In this document: piece after piece, positions 1 to 15,840 of the stretch | How the letters are laid out: every line of letters begins with the position of its first letter | How positions within the stretch are numbered: position 1 is the first letter of the stretch | Assembly: GCA_963718235.1 (NCBI GenBank) | Contig: CAVQYR010000001.1 | Location: 1,632,001 to 1,696,000, forward strand | Direction of reading: 5' to 3' | DNA length: 64,000 bases | Source: an uncultured Actinomycetota bacterium | GTDB taxonomy: Bacteria > Actinomycetota > Actinomycetes > JAHEKZ01 | Translations under genes and position numbers: made by a program | Notes under the pieces: model-generated | Told to the model about the DNA's origin: nothing | What the model saw: only the letters and a program-made list of their open reading frames with translations | The model's database searches: none

Positions 1-525
1 CCCGAGGTTGACCGGGTTCGTGGACTCCAGGTACGCGGCCTGGCCCGCTGCGTCGATCCGGGTGAGGTTGTCGGCGAGCAGAGCCATGCCATAGCCGTGC
101 CCTCGGTGGTGGGGGTCGGTGGCGAGCAGGCTCAGGTAGAAGTGCGGCTCGCTCGGGCGCGCGGCCGCGAACCGGTCCACCGTCTCGAGCAACCGGTCCG
201 CGCCAGGGCCGAGCAGGGTCCGCGCGAACGCCTCGAAACCGGCCTCCTGCTCCGGCGTCAGCTCGCTGCACCCAGGGGGCAGCCACACGGTCGTGGCCTG
301 GTCGCCCTCGCACAGCCACACCCAGTCGAACCGCATCGCTCCGTCGGCCAGGAGGGCCCAGAACTGCTGGTACTGACCCGCCCGCGGCCGCGGGTCGGAG
401 AAGACGAACGACCAGGTGGGGTCGTCGAGGAACGCCGCGGTGACCACCGACGCGACCGCTGTCCGGTCGCGTGCCCCGCTGGCGCGCCGGGCCCGGCAGC
501 CCCCTGCGGGGCCTGCGGTGGGCAA
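1..525 (-). CDS. GNAT family N-acetyltransferase (3' end runs off the window)
   Basis: My translation of the minus strand from TTG 525: ...AVASVVTAAFLDDPTW...EPHFYLSLLATDPHHRGHGYGMALL...AAYLESTNPVNLG, with the acetyl-CoA motif A (R-G-x-G-x-G). Not in the ORF track because it has no stop in the window. Start uncertain. Confidence 0.85.
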   Translation of the reverse strand, partial: MPTAGPAGGCRARRASGARDRTAVASVVTAAFLDDPTWSFVFSDPRPRAGQYQQFWALLADGAMRFDWVWLCEGDQATTVWLPPGCSELTPEQEAGFEAFARTLLGPGADRLLETVDRFAAARPSEPHFYLSLLATDPHHRGHGYGMALLADNLTRIDAAGQAAYLESTNPVNLG

Positions 526-530
526 CCCGC

Positions 531-1025
531 TCAGTCCAGCGGGACGGCGCGGCGCGCTTCGGGATTGAGCACGCCCCAGGCGATCAGCTGCTCGGTGAGC
601 ACGCCCGGGGGCTGGTCGTAGATGACCGCAAGCGTGCGCAGGTCGTCCTGCCGGATCGACAGGATGCGTCCGTTGTAGTCGCCGCGCTGGCTTTGGATCG
701 TCTGTGCGTAGCGGGCCAGCGGACCGGCCTTCTCCGCGGGCACCTGGCTGAGCTGCTCCAGGTCGATGACCAGGCGTGGGGGTGGCTCGGCCGCCCCGCC
801 GGGGGATGACTCGGGCAGCAGCTCGGACACCGGGACGGCGTAGAAGTCGGCCAGCTCGGCCAGCTTCTGCACCGTGACCGCCCGGTCGCCGCGCTCGTAG
901 GAGCCGACGACGACCGCCTTCCAGCGGCCGTCGGACTTCTCCTCGACGCCGTGGAGGGACAGCCCTTGCTGCTGGCGGATGGCCCTCAGCCGGGCCCCCA
1001 GCGCTCGCGCGTAGTCGGTGGACAT
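531..1025 (-). CDS. bldD: Developmental master regulator BldD (XRE HTH plus c-di-GMP-binding C-terminal domain)
   Basis: MSTDYARALGARLRAIRQQQGLSLHGVEEKSDGRWKAVVVGSYERGDRAVTV...; RGD-x8-RQDD motif; divergent from pyrR as in Streptomyces. Confidence 0.96.
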   Translation of the reverse strand: MSTDYARALGARLRAIRQQQGLSLHGVEEKSDGRWKAVVVGSYERGDRAVTVQKLAELADFYAVPVSELLPESSPGGAAEPPPRLVIDLEQLSQVPAEKAGPLARYAQTIQSQRGDYNGRILSIRQDDLRTLAVIYDQPPGVLTEQLIAWGVLNPEARRAVPLD

Positions 1026-1133
1026 GCGTACCCCTTCGATCCGACGGCCCTGGGCGGTGCCGGTGCCGGCGTCTGTGGCTGTGCCGGAACCTGCACCGGT
1101 TCCCCTGACCGTGCCCCCTGACCGTTCCCCCCG

Positions 1134-1174
1134 GTCACGCACAGTAGCGTCACGGAGAGTGACCACCGCGTCAA
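1134..1174 (-). promoter_or_regulatory. bldD promoter with tandem BldD boxes (autoregulation)
   Basis: TCAC-GGAGA-GTGA at 1150-1162 matches the BldD consensus TNAC-N5-GTNA exactly; near match TCAC-GCACA-GTAG at 1135-1147; minus-strand -35 TTGACG at 1174-1169. Confidence 0.75.
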
Positions 1175-1268
1175 GCCGAACGGCCAGATCGGATCCGCAG
1201 CGTCACCCTCCCGGCGTACCGCGACTGGGCCGGAGGTGGGGCTGCGTCGTGGGTGAGCGGCCCGATAG

Positions 1269-2859
<1,591 letters not shown>

Positions 2860-2863
<4 letters not shown>

Positions 2864-4146
2864 CGGCCTGGGTCGTGAAGGGTGCGCGAATCCTCGGCGG
2901 CGAGGAGCTCGACGTCGTCCTCGAAGACGGCGTGGTCGTCGAGGTCGGACCAGGGCTGTCCCGCGCCGAGGCGCAGGTCCTCGACGCCGACGGGCTCGTG
3001 CTGCTGCCCGGGCTGGTCGACCTGCACACCCACCTGCGCGAGCCGGGTCGTGAGGACGCCGAGACGGTCGAGACCGGAACCGCCGCGGCTGCCGTCGGCG
3101 GGTTCACCGCGGTGCACGCGATGGCCAACACCGACCCGGTGGCCGACACCGCCGGCGTGGTCGAGCAGGTCTGGCACCTGGGGCGTCGGGCCGGGCACTG
3201 TGACGTGCACCCGGTCGGCGCGGTCACCGTCGGCCTCGAGGGGGAGCAGCTGGCCGAGCTGGGCGCCATGGCCGAGTCCGCGGCCGCGGTGCGGGTCTTC
3301 TCCGACGACGGCCGGTGCGTGTCCGACGCCGTCCTGATGCGCCGGGCGCTGGAGTACGTCAAGGCGTTCGACGGGGTCGTGGCCCAGCACGCCCAGGAGC
3401 CGCGACTCACCGCCGACGCCCAGATGAACGAGAGCGCGGTCTCCGGGGTGCTGGGTCTGCGCGGCTGGCCGGCCGTGGCCGAGGAGGCGGTCATCGCCCG
3501 AGACGTGCTGCTGGCCGGGCACGTCGGCTCTCGGCTGCACGTGTGCCACGTGTCCACCGCGGGGTCGGTGGAGATCATCCGCTGGGCCAAGGGCAAGGGG
3601 ATCGACGTCACCGCAGAGGTGACGCCGCACCACCTGCTCCTCACCGACGAGCTCGTGCGCACCTACGACCCCGTGTACAAGGTCAACCCGCCGCTGCGCA
3701 CCGCCGAGGACGTCGCAGCGCTGCGTGAGGCCCTCGCCGACGGCACGATCGACGTCGTCGCCACCGACCACGCGCCGCACGCGGTCGAGGACAAGGACTG
3801 CGAGTGGGCGGCGGCCGCCTTCGGCATGGTCGGCCTGGAGACCGCGCTCGGGGTGGTCGCCCTGACCATGGTCGAGACCGGGCTGCTGGACTGGGCCGGC
3901 GTCGCCGACCGCATGTCGACCCGACCGGCCACCATCGGGCGCCTGGCCGCGCAGGGTCGCCCGATCGCCGTCGGTGAGCCGGCCAACCTGGTGCTGGTCG
4001 ACCCGGGCGCGGGCGCCGTGGTCGACCGGTCGCGGCTGGTGTCGCGCAGTCGGAACACGCCGTTCGCCGGGCTGACCCTTCCGGCTGCCCCGGTCGCCAC
4101 GTTCCTGCGCGGTCGGCTCACCGCCCGCGATGGGGAGGTGGCATGA
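2860..4146 (+). CDS. pyrC: Dihydroorotase
   Basis: [24 protein letters not shown] amidohydrolase motifs. Confidence 0.96.
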
Positions 4147-4766
4147 GCCCGCTGTCCCTGGCCGCGACGCTCGGCGCCTCCGCCTCCGCAGAGGTGACGG
4201 CGTGGCCGCAGCGGCTGCTGCTGACCGCCGCGACAGTGGCCGTGATCGTCGTGGTCGTGGCCCTGCTGGGCAAGGGCTGGCGCCGCCGCGCCCGGACCCA
4301 GCACGACGTCCCACCGCCGCAGACCGAGCCGCTGGCGGCCGTGGCCGCACCGCAGGTGTCGCCGGGGTCGTCGGCCGCCGAAGCCGCGCCCGTGCTCGCG
4401 CCGTGCCCCGGGCGCTACCTCGCCAGCACCCGGGCCGGGGACTGGCTCGACCGCCTGGTGGTGCACGGGCTGGGGGTGCCGAGCCGGGCCCAGCTGCTGG
4501 TGCTGCCGTCCGGGGTCTGGTGGCAGCGCGAGGGCGCCCGTGACGTGTTCGTCCCGGCGTCCGACGTGGTGTCAGCCCGCCTCGACCGGGGCATCGCCGG
4601 CGCCGTCTACGAGGACGGTGGCGTCGTCGTGGTCACCTGGCGGCTGGGCGACGTCGTCGTCGACACCGGGTTCCGGGCCCAGCAGTTCGACCGGCACCAC
4701 GAGATCGTCGAGGCGGTCGAGGGTCTGGTCGGCGCTCCCACTCCGGCGACCGGTGATGCCGCGTGA
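4143..4766 (+). CDS. Conserved actinobacterial membrane-anchored PH-like protein of the pyr operon (Rv1382-like)
   Basis: N-terminal TM helix then [31 protein letters not shown]...DTGFR; overlaps pyrC and carA by 4 nt each. Confidence 0.8.
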   Translation: MSPLSLAATLGASASAEVTAWPQRLLLTAATVAVIVVVVALLGKGWRRRARTQHDVPPPQTEPLAAVAAPQVSPGSSAAEAAPVLAPCPGRYLASTRAGDWLDRLVVHGLGVPSRAQLLVLPSGVWWQREGARDVFVPASDVVSARLDRGIAGAVYEDGGVVVVTWRLGDVVVDTGFRAQQFDRHHEIVEAVEGLVGAPTPATGDAA

Positions 4767-5921
4767 GCGGGACCCGGGCCGGGCTCCGCGGCCACGGTGC
4801 CCCTGCCCTGCTCGTGCTGGAGGACGGTCGGACGTTCGAGGGGCAGGCGTTCGGGGCGACCGGGGAGACCTTCGGCGAGGCCGTGTTCTGCACGGCGATG
4901 ACCGGGTACCAGGAGACGCTGACCGACCCGTCGTACCACCGGCAGGTCGTGGTGCAGACGGCCCCGCAGATCGGGAACACCGGGGTCAACGACGAAGACC
5001 AGGAGTCCGCCCGGATCTGGGTCAGCGGCTACGTCGTGCGCGAGCCGTCCCCGGTCGCGTCGAGCTGGAGGTCCCGGCGCACCCTCGACGACGAGCTGCG
5101 GCGCAACGAAGTGGTGGGGATCAGCCGGGTCGACACCCGCGCGCTCACCCGACACCTGCGCGAGCGCGGCGCCATGCGGGTGGGCGTGTCCAGCATCGAG
5201 ACCGACCCGGCAGCGCTGCTTGAGCGGGTGCGCAACAGCCCCCAGATGGCGGGGGCCGACCTCACCGCGGACGTCTCGACCACCGAGCCCTACGTCGTGC
5301 CGGCCGTCGGTGAGAGGCGGTTCACCGTCGCCGCGGTCGACCTCGGGATCAAGGCGATGACCCCGCGCCGCCTGGCACAGCGGGGGGTCGAGGTCCACGT
5401 CCTCCCCGCCTCCGTGGGCATCGACGAGCTGCGCGCCCGTGGTCCCGACGGGGTGTTCTTCAGCAACGGGCCCGGGGACCCGGCGACTGCCGACACCGCG
5501 GTGACGCTGATGCAGGCAGTGCTCGCCCAGCGCCTTCCCACCTTCGGCATCTGCTTCGGGAACCAGATCCTGGGCCGAGCCCTGGGGTTCGGTACCTACA
5601 AGCTCGCCTACGGTCACCGCGGGATCAACCAGCCGGTGGCCGACCGGGCCACGGGCAAGGTCGAGATCAGCGCCCACAACCACGGGTTCGCGGTCGATGC
5701 CCCGTTGGACGGAGTGGTCGACACCGCGTTCGGGCGCGCGGAGGTCAGCCACGTCTGCCTCAACGACGACGTGGTCGAGGGGCTGCGCCTGCTCGACGTC
5801 CCGGCCTTCAGCGTCCAGTACCACCCGGAGGCGGCGGCCGGACCGCACGACTCCGACTACCTGTTCGACCGCTTCACCGAGCTCATGGCCTACGGACGCC
5901 CCCTGCCGGGAGGTGGCTCCC

Positions 5922-5935
<14 letters not shown>
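4763..5935 (+). CDS. carA: Carbamoyl-phosphate synthase small subunit
   Basis: [37 protein letters not shown]. Confidence 0.97.
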
Positions 5936-9212
<3,277 letters not shown>

Positions 9213-9213
9213 G

Positions 9214-10071
9214 ATGCCGGCCGTCCAGGTTCGTGGCGAGGTGCTCAAGATGCGCCGCGCCGGTGCCTACCACCAGCTCACGCTCGTGGCGCCGGGCATC
9301 GCCGAGCAGGTCCGCCCAGGGCACTTCGTCGCGCTGGCGGTGGGCGGCAACGACTCGAGCATGCTGCTGCGCCGGGCGTTCTCCATCTACCGGACCGAGG
9401 ACCGGGGGGTCTACGGCGGCACCGTGGAGATCGTGTTCGCCGAGCACGGGCGCGGAACCCGTTGGCTCGGCGCGGTGCGCCCGCACGACGCCATCGACGT
9501 CGTCGGCCCGCTGGGCAAGCCGTTCGCACTGCCTAAGGAGTCGGTCACCTGCACCCTGGTCGGCGGTGGCTACGGCAGCGCCCCGCTGTTCGGGCTGGCT
9601 GACCAGCTGCGCGCGCGTGGATGCCGGGTCGACGTCGTGCTCGGGGCGGCGACCGAGGACCGCCTGTTCGGCGTCCTGGAGGCCAAGCGGATGTCCCAGT
9701 CGGTGGCGATCACCACCGAGGACGGGTCGCTGGGGGAGCGCGGGAGGGTCACCGACGTGCTCCCCGACCTCCTGCAGCGCACCGGATCCGATGTCGTCTA
9801 CGCCTGCGGGCCGATGGGCATGCTGCGGGCGGTGGCCGAGCTCGCCGACCGCTACGGCGCGCACAGCCAGACCGCAGTCGAGGAGGCGATGGCGTGCGGT
9901 GTCGGTGTCTGCATGACCTGTGTGCTGCCCGTCGTCGGAGACGACGGGGTCACCCGGATGCTGCGCTCGTGCGTCGACGGACCGGTGTTCCGCGGCGACC
10001 GCGTCCGATGGGACGCCGTCGGCACGGTGCCGCCCGACACGCTCGGTGCTCCTGAGGCGGGGGGCCACTGA
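9214..10071 (+). CDS. pyrK: Dihydroorotate dehydrogenase electron transfer subunit
   Basis: FAD motif RRAFS, NAD motif GGGYG, [2Fe-2S] motif EEAMACGVGVCMTC...SCVDGPVF. Confidence 0.93.
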   Translation: MPAVQVRGEVLKMRRAGAYHQLTLVAPGIAEQVRPGHFVALAVGGNDSSMLLRRAFSIYRTEDRGVYGGTVEIVFAEHGRGTRWLGAVRPHDAIDVVGPLGKPFALPKESVTCTLVGGGYGSAPLFGLADQLRARGCRVDVVLGAATEDRLFGVLEAKRMSQSVAITTEDGSLGERGRVTDVLPDLLQRTGSDVVYACGPMGMLRAVAELADRYGAHSQTAVEEAMACGVGVCMTCVLPVVGDDGVTRMLRSCVDGPVFRGDRVRWDAVGTVPPDTLGAPEAGGH

Positions 10072-11219
10072 TGACCCGACTGACCCGGGTGCTTCCCGCC
10101 GACAGCCAGGTGGAGTCGCTGCCGGACGTCGACATGACCACCCAGATCGGCGCCTGGACGCTGCCGAACCCGGTGATGACCGCATCAGGCTGCGCCGGAT
10201 ACGGACGCGAGCTCGACCAGTTCTTCGACATCGCCGAGATCGGTGCCGTCGTCACCAAGTCGATCATGCTGCGACCACGGTCGGGGAGGGCGACGCCGCG
10301 AATGGCGGAGACGCCGAGCGGCATGCTGAACTCGATCGGCCTGCAGGGCCCGGGGATCGACGCGTTCATCGAGCGCGACCTCCCGTGGCTGGAGGCCCGC
10401 GGGGTTCGGGTCGTCGTCTCCATCGCGGGCAACGACGCCGAGGAGTTCTCCCGGCTCGCGGCCCGGCTGCGACACACCACTGTGGTGAAGGCGGTCGAGG
10501 TCAACATCTCGTGCCCGAACGTGGCCAACCGCGGGCTGGTGTTCGCGTGCGACCCTCTGGCCAGCGCGTCGGTGGTGGCCGGGGTGCGGCGCAACAGCGC
10601 GCCCGGGGTACCGGTCATCGCCAAGCTGTCACCCGACGTCACCGACATCGTCGAGGTGGCGCGGGCCTGCGTCGACGCCGGGGCCGACGGCCTGGCCATG
10701 GTCAACACCCTGCTCGGCGTCGAGATCGACACCGACACCCTGCGTCCGCACCTGGCCGGGATCACCGGGGGGTTGTCCGGACCGGCGATCCGGCCGGTCG
10801 CGGTCCGTGCGGTCTGGCAGGTCCACCAGGCGATGCCCGACGTGCCGATCGTCGGCATGGGCGGTATCCGCAGCGGGCTCGACGCGCTGCAGTTCGTCCT
10901 GGCCGGAGCCCGGGCGGTGCAGGTCGGCACGGTGATCTTCAACGACCCCTCCGCCCCCATGCGGGTGCTGCACGAGCTGCAGCGGGCCCTGGCCGACCGG
11001 GGGTTCGACCGGTTGTCCGACGCCGTCGGGCGCGCGCACCGGGCGCAGCGACCCGCGGAGTCCGCAACGCCGGCCGACGCGGGACCTCCAGGCGACGACC
11101 CCGGCGGCAGCGAGCCCACCGGTCCCGGGCGTGACGGCGTCTCGCCGGCGGGGCCTGAGTCGACCAGCGGGACCACGGGCGACACCGATGGCCGCGGGTC
11201 GGCCGAGGACGAGGAGTGA
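10071..11219 (+). CDS. pyrD: Dihydroorotate dehydrogenase, family 1B catalytic subunit
   Basis: [37 protein letters not shown]; paired with pyrK. Confidence 0.95.
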   Translation: MTRLTRVLPADSQVESLPDVDMTTQIGAWTLPNPVMTASGCAGYGRELDQFFDIAEIGAVVTKSIMLRPRSGRATPRMAETPSGMLNSIGLQGPGIDAFIERDLPWLEARGVRVVVSIAGNDAEEFSRLAARLRHTTVVKAVEVNISCPNVANRGLVFACDPLASASVVAGVRRNSAPGVPVIAKLSPDVTDIVEVARACVDAGADGLAMVNTLLGVEIDTDTLRPHLAGITGGLSGPAIRPVAVRAVWQVHQAMPDVPIVGMGGIRSGLDALQFVLAGARAVQVGTVIFNDPSAPMRVLHELQRALADRGFDRLSDAVGRAHRAQRPAESATPADAGPPGDDPGGSEPTGPGRDGVSPAGPESTSGTTGDTDGRGSAEDEE

Positions 11220-11914
11220 CCGTGGGCTCCGGGCCCTCGCCGGTCGCGGTCGCCCTCGACGCGCCCGACCTGCCGACCGTGCTGCGCTGGGCGGCCGAGG
11301 TCGGCCCCTACGTGTCGGTGGTCAAGGTCGGGCTGGAGACCTACCTGCGCGACGGCCGGGCCGCGGTGACCCAGGTGGCCCAGGCCAGCGGGCGACCGGT
11401 GTTCTTGGACTTGAAGCTGCACGACATCCCGAACACCGTCGCCGGGGCGGTGCGTTCGGTGGCCGACCTGGAGCCGGCCTTCCTCACCGTGCATGCGAGC
11501 GGCGGAGCCGCGATGGTCCAAGCCGCGGTGCGGGCCCTGCCCGCGACGAGGGTCACCGCTGTCACCGTGCTCACCTCCTTGTCGTCGGACGACCTCGAGG
11601 CGGTCGGGTTGCGTGGCACTGCGTCGCAGGCGGCGCTGCGCCTGGCCGAGCTCGCCGTCGAGGCGGGTGCGACCGCGCTGGTCTGCTCGCCCCGTGAGGT
11701 CGCCGCCGTCAGGGCCGCCGTCGGCGCCGACGTCACCCTGGTCACTCCCGGCGTTCGCCCGGCGGGGGCGTCAGGCGACGACCAGGCACGCACAGCGACC
11801 CCGCAGCAGGCGCTCGCCGACGGAGCCGACCTGCTCGTGGTCGGCCGGCCGATCACCGCTGCGGAGAACCCCGCCGCGGCGGCCCGAGCCCTGCGCGACC
11901 TGCTGGTCGGCTGA
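11216..11914 (+). CDS. pyrF: Orotidine-5'-phosphate decarboxylase
   Basis: [30 protein letters not shown]. Confidence 0.96.
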   Translation: MTVGSGPSPVAVALDAPDLPTVLRWAAEVGPYVSVVKVGLETYLRDGRAAVTQVAQASGRPVFLDLKLHDIPNTVAGAVRSVADLEPAFLTVHASGGAAMVQAAVRALPATRVTAVTVLTSLSSDDLEAVGLRGTASQAALRLAELAVEAGATALVCSPREVAAVRAAVGADVTLVTPGVRPAGASGDDQARTATPQQALADGADLLVVGRPITAAENPAAAARALRDLLVG

Positions 11915-12072
11915 GGTCGGCTGCGGTCCGGCGCCGTCCCCCTCCGGTCAGGGCCGCCGACGGGTGGCGGTCGCTGGCGCGGAGTCGCTAAGTTCACCGT
12001 CGTGCCGCCGATGTCCGTCCGTCCCGCTCCTGGCCGTAGGCCTGGGTCCGCCGAGCTCTCGAGGTGTCCCGC

Positions 12073-12402
12073 GTGGCGCTGCCGCCCCTGACCGCCGAAC
12101 AGCGCCAGGCCGCGCTGGAGAAGGCCGCGATCGCCCGACGCGAGCGCGCCATCGTCAAGAACCGCCTCAAGCACTCGGGTGAGTCGCTGTCCGCCGTCCT
12201 CCACGAGGGCCAGAAGGACACCGACTCCGGACGGATCATCGGCAAGATGAAGGTGACCGCCCTGCTCGAGTCGTTGCCCGGTGTGGGCAAGGTACGGGCC
12301 CGCCAGATCATGGAGCGGCTGGCCATCTCGCCCAGCCGCCGGGTCCGTGGGCTGGGGACCAACCAGATCGCCGCGCTCGAGCACGAGTTCCCGTCGCGCT
12401 GA
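12073..12402 (+). CDS. mihF: Actinobacterial integration host factor (mIHF/sIHF)
   Basis: [19 protein letters not shown]...[20 protein letters not shown]; SD GAGGT at 12061. Confidence 0.95.
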   Translation: MALPPLTAEQRQAALEKAAIARRERAIVKNRLKHSGESLSAVLHEGQKDTDSGRIIGKMKVTALLESLPGVGKVRARQIMERLAISPSRRVRGLGTNQIAALEHEFPSR

Positions 12403-12403
12403 G

Positions 12404-12979
12404 GTGACCGCGAACCTGGCGGGTGACCGACCCCGCCTCGTCGTGCTGTCCGGGCCCAGCGGCGTGGGCAAGAGCACCGTGGTGTCCTGGCTGCGCGCGC
12501 ACCACCCGCAGGTGTGGGTGTCGGTGTCGGCGACCACCCGGGCCGCCCGGCCGGGGGAGATCGACGGGGTGAACTACCGCTTCGTCACCGAGGAGCAGTT
12601 CGACGAGCTCGTCAGCGACCGCGCCCTGCTGGAGTGGGCGGAGTTCGCCGGCCACCGCTACGGGACCCCACGAGCACCGGTGGACAAGCGGCTGGGGACC
12701 GGGGTGCCCGTGCTGCTGGAGATCGAGCTGGAGGGCGCGCGGCAGGTCCGGGCCGCGATGCCGGACGCGCTGCTGGTGTTCCTCGCGCCGCCCTCGTGGG
12801 AGGTGCTGGAGCAGCGGCTGGTCGGACGGGGGACCGAGCCGGCCGAGGTCATCGCCCGGCGCCTGGCCCGGGCCCGGGTCGAGCTGGAGGCGGCCAGCGA
12901 GTTCGACGAGGTCCTGGTCAACGACGAGGTCGAACGGGTGGGGGCGGCCTTGGTAGACTTCGTCGACGGTTCGTCCTGA
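12404..12979 (+). CDS. gmk: Guanylate kinase
   Basis: [10 protein letters not shown]-loop, SATTR, YGTP. Confidence 0.96.
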   Translation: MTANLAGDRPRLVVLSGPSGVGKSTVVSWLRAHHPQVWVSVSATTRAARPGEIDGVNYRFVTEEQFDELVSDRALLEWAEFAGHRYGTPRAPVDKRLGTGVPVLLEIELEGARQVRAAMPDALLVFLAPPSWEVLEQRLVGRGTEPAEVIARRLARARVELEAASEFDEVLVNDEVERVGAALVDFVDGSS

Positions 12980-13044
12980 CCGGCCGGCCCCGAGCACCCG
13001 AGATCACCCGCCCGAGCACCACCCCCCGAGCACCAGGAGTTCCC

Positions 13045-13314
13045 TTGTCCGGAGTCCACGCCGTCCCCGAGGGCATCACCAACCCGCCCATCGACGAGCT
13101 GCTCACCAAGGCCGACTCCAAGTACGCCCTGGTGCTCTACTCGGCCAAGCGGGCCCGCCAGATCAACGCGTACTACTCCCAGCTCGGTGAGGGGCTCCTG
13201 GAGTACGTCGGCCCGCTGGTCGAGACCCACGTGCAGGAGAAGCCGTTGTCCATCGCCATGCGCGAGATCAACGCCGACCTGCTCACGATCGAGAAGACCG
13301 ACGGCGAAGGCTGA
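13045..13314 (+). CDS. rpoZ: RNA polymerase omega subunit
   Basis: [12 protein letters not shown]...[20 protein letters not shown]...[11 protein letters not shown]; TTG start after AGGAG. Confidence 0.95.
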   Translation: MSGVHAVPEGITNPPIDELLTKADSKYALVLYSAKRARQINAYYSQLGEGLLEYVGPLVETHVQEKPLSIAMREINADLLTIEKTDGEG

Positions 13315-13356
13315 GCCCTCGCACCACGCGGGGACCGGCGCGCCACAGGAGGCCTG

Positions 13357-14565
13357 ATGGCCCGGATCGTGCTGGGAGTCTCCGGCGGAGTCGCTGCCTA
13401 CAAGGCCGTTGAGCTGCTGCGCCTGCTCACCGAGGCCGGGCACGACGTGACGGTGGTGCCGACCCGAGCGGCACTGGCCTTCGTCGGGGCGCCGACCTGG
13501 GCCGCCCTGTCCGGCCACCCGGTGACCTCCGAGGTCTGGGACGACGTCGACCGGGTGCGTCACGTGAGCCTGGGCCAGGGTGCTGACCTCGTGGTCGTCG
13601 CCCCGGCCACCGCCGACCTGCTCGCTCGCGCGGCCCACGGCCTGGCCGACGACCTGCTCACCAACGTGCTGCTCACGGCCACCTGCCCGGTGCTCATGGC
13701 CCCGGCCATGCACACCGAGATGTGGCGTCACCCGGCGACCGTGGCCAATGTCGCGACCCTGCGTGCGCGAGGGGTCGACGTCGTCGAGCCTGACGTCGGC
13801 CGTCTCACCGGTGCCGACTCCGGTCCCGGTCGCCTTCCGCAGCCACAGCAGCTGGCCGAGCACTGCCTGCGCGCCCTGGCCGGGACCCGACGCCCTCGTG
13901 ACCTGGCCGGGCGCACGGTCGTGGTCACCGCGGGCGGCACCCGTGAGGCCCTGGACCCGGTGCGGTACCTGGGCAACCGGTCGTCCGGTCGCCAGGGCTG
14001 GGCCCTGGCCGAGTCGGCCCGCGACCGAGGTGCCGAGGTCATCCTGGTTGCCGCCAACGTCGCGCTCGAGCCACCGTCGGGGGTGACTGTCGTCCCGGTG
14101 GTCTCCGCCGAGCAGCTGCGGGTGGCGGTGCACGAGGCCGCGGCCGGCGTCGACGCCGTGGTGATGGCCGCTGCGGTGGCCGACTTCCGTCCGGTGGTGG
14201 TGGCCCCGAGCAAGGTGAAGAAGGACGACGGTCCGCCTGGTCCGGTCGTGCTCGAGCCGACGACCGACGTCCTCGTCGAGCTGGTCGCCAAGCAGACGCC
14301 GGGGCAGGTCGTGGTCGGGTTCGCCGCCGAGACGGGCGACGACGACGCCGACTGGCGCGCTCACGGCCGGGCCAAGCTCACCCGCAAGGGCTGCGACCTG
14401 CTCGTGGTCAACCAGGTGGGTGACGACCTGGCGTTCGGGACTCCCGACAACGCCGCACTCGTGCTCGGCGCGGACGGGTCGCAGGTCGAGGTCCCCCTGG
14501 GACCCAAGCGCGCCCTGGCGGAGGTCGTCTGGGACCTCGTCAGCCAGCGGCTGCCCGCTCGCTAG
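13357..14565 (+). CDS. coaBC: Phosphopantothenoylcysteine decarboxylase / phosphopantothenate-cysteine ligase
   Basis: [47 protein letters not shown]. Confidence 0.96.
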   Translation: MARIVLGVSGGVAAYKAVELLRLLTEAGHDVTVVPTRAALAFVGAPTWAALSGHPVTSEVWDDVDRVRHVSLGQGADLVVVAPATADLLARAAHGLADDLLTNVLLTATCPVLMAPAMHTEMWRHPATVANVATLRARGVDVVEPDVGRLTGADSGPGRLPQPQQLAEHCLRALAGTRRPRDLAGRTVVVTAGGTREALDPVRYLGNRSSGRQGWALAESARDRGAEVILVAANVALEPPSGVTVVPVVSAEQLRVAVHEAAAGVDAVVMAAAVADFRPVVVAPSKVKKDDGPPGPVVLEPTTDVLVELVAKQTPGQVVVGFAAETGDDDADWRAHGRAKLTRKGCDLLVVNQVGDDLAFGTPDNAALVLGADGSQVEVPLGPKRALAEVVWDLVSQRLPAR

Positions 14566-14623
14566 GCTGGCGTACCTCAGCCGGGGCTCCCCGGCCCCGT
14601 CGTCCGTTCGAGGAGAGTCACCC

Positions 14624-15820
14624 GTGTCTCGTCGTCTGTTCACGTCTGAGTCCGTCACCGAGGGTCACCCGGACAAGATCGCCGACCAGATCAGTGACTC
14701 GATCCTGGATGCACTGCTCAAGGAGGACCCGACGAGCCGGGTCGCGGTCGAGACGCTCGTCACCACCGGTCAGGTGCATGTGGCCGGTGAGGTCACCACC
14801 AGCGGCTACGTCGACATCCCCACCATCGTGCGGGAGCGAGTGCTCGAGATCGGCTACGACTCCAGCAAGAAGGGGTTCGACGGCACGTCCTGCGGCGTCT
14901 CGGTGTCGATCGGTGCCCAGTCACCGGACATCGCCCAGGGCGTCGACGACGCCTACGAGGAGCGCCACGACCACTCCCACGACCCGCTGGACCGACAGGG
15001 GGCCGGTGACCAGGGGCTGATGTTCGGCTACGCGTGCACCGACACCCCCGAGCTGATGCCGCTGCCGATCATGCTCGCCCACCGGCTGGCCAAGCGGCTG
15101 GCCGACGTGCGCAAGGACGGGCTCGTGCCGTACCTGCGCCCCGACGGCAAGACCCAGGTGACCATCGAGTACGACCACGACGAGAAGCCCGTTCGCCTGG
15201 ACACCGTCGTCGTCTCGACCCAGCACGCGGCGGACATCGACCTGGAGACCCTGCTGCAGCCGGACATCGAGGAGCTGGTGATCGCCCCGGTGCTCGAGGG
15301 TGTGGCGATCGACCACGACGGCTACCGGGTCCTGGTCAACCCCACCGGGCGGTTCGAGATCGGTGGGCCGATGGGCGACGCCGGTCTCACCGGCCGCAAG
15401 ATCATCATCGACACCTACGGTGGCATGGCCCGGCACGGCGGCGGTGCCTTCTCCGGCAAGGACCCGAGCAAGGTCGACCGGTCCGCCGCCTACGCGATGC
15501 GCTGGGTGGCCAAGAACGTGGTGGCGGCGAACCTGGCCACCCGGTGCGAGGTGCAGGTCGCCTACGCGATCGGGAAGTCCCACCCGGTCGGGCTGTTCGT
15601 CGAGACGTTCGGCACCGGGGTCGTCGACGACGAGGTGATCCAGGACGCCGTCCTGCAGGTCTTCGACCTGCGCCCGGCCGCCCTGATCCGCGACCTCGAC
15701 CTGATGCGCCCGATCTACGCCCAGACCGCGGCCTACGGCCACTTCGGCCGCGAGCTGCCGGACTTCACCTGGGAGCGCACCGACCGGGCCGCCTCCCTGG
15801 CCGCGGCCGTCGGCGTCTGA
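14624..15820 (+). CDS. metK: S-adenosylmethionine synthetase
   Basis: [29 protein letters not shown]; GTG 14624 after AGGAG. Confidence 0.97.
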   Translation: MSRRLFTSESVTEGHPDKIADQISDSILDALLKEDPTSRVAVETLVTTGQVHVAGEVTTSGYVDIPTIVRERVLEIGYDSSKKGFDGTSCGVSVSIGAQSPDIAQGVDDAYEERHDHSHDPLDRQGAGDQGLMFGYACTDTPELMPLPIMLAHRLAKRLADVRKDGLVPYLRPDGKTQVTIEYDHDEKPVRLDTVVVSTQHAADIDLETLLQPDIEELVIAPVLEGVAIDHDGYRVLVNPTGRFEIGGPMGDAGLTGRKIIIDTYGGMARHGGGAFSGKDPSKVDRSAAYAMRWVAKNVVAANLATRCEVQVAYAIGKSHPVGLFVETFGTGVVDDEVIQDAVLQVFDLRPAALIRDLDLMRPIYAQTAAYGHFGRELPDFTWERTDRAASLAAAVGV

Positions 15821-15840
15821 GCCGACCACGTGACGGGGTC

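Noticed and set aside
14566-14623. SAM riboswitch before metK
   Set aside because: Gap is only about 58 nt and shows just a -10 (TAGGCT), a short GC hairpin and an SD
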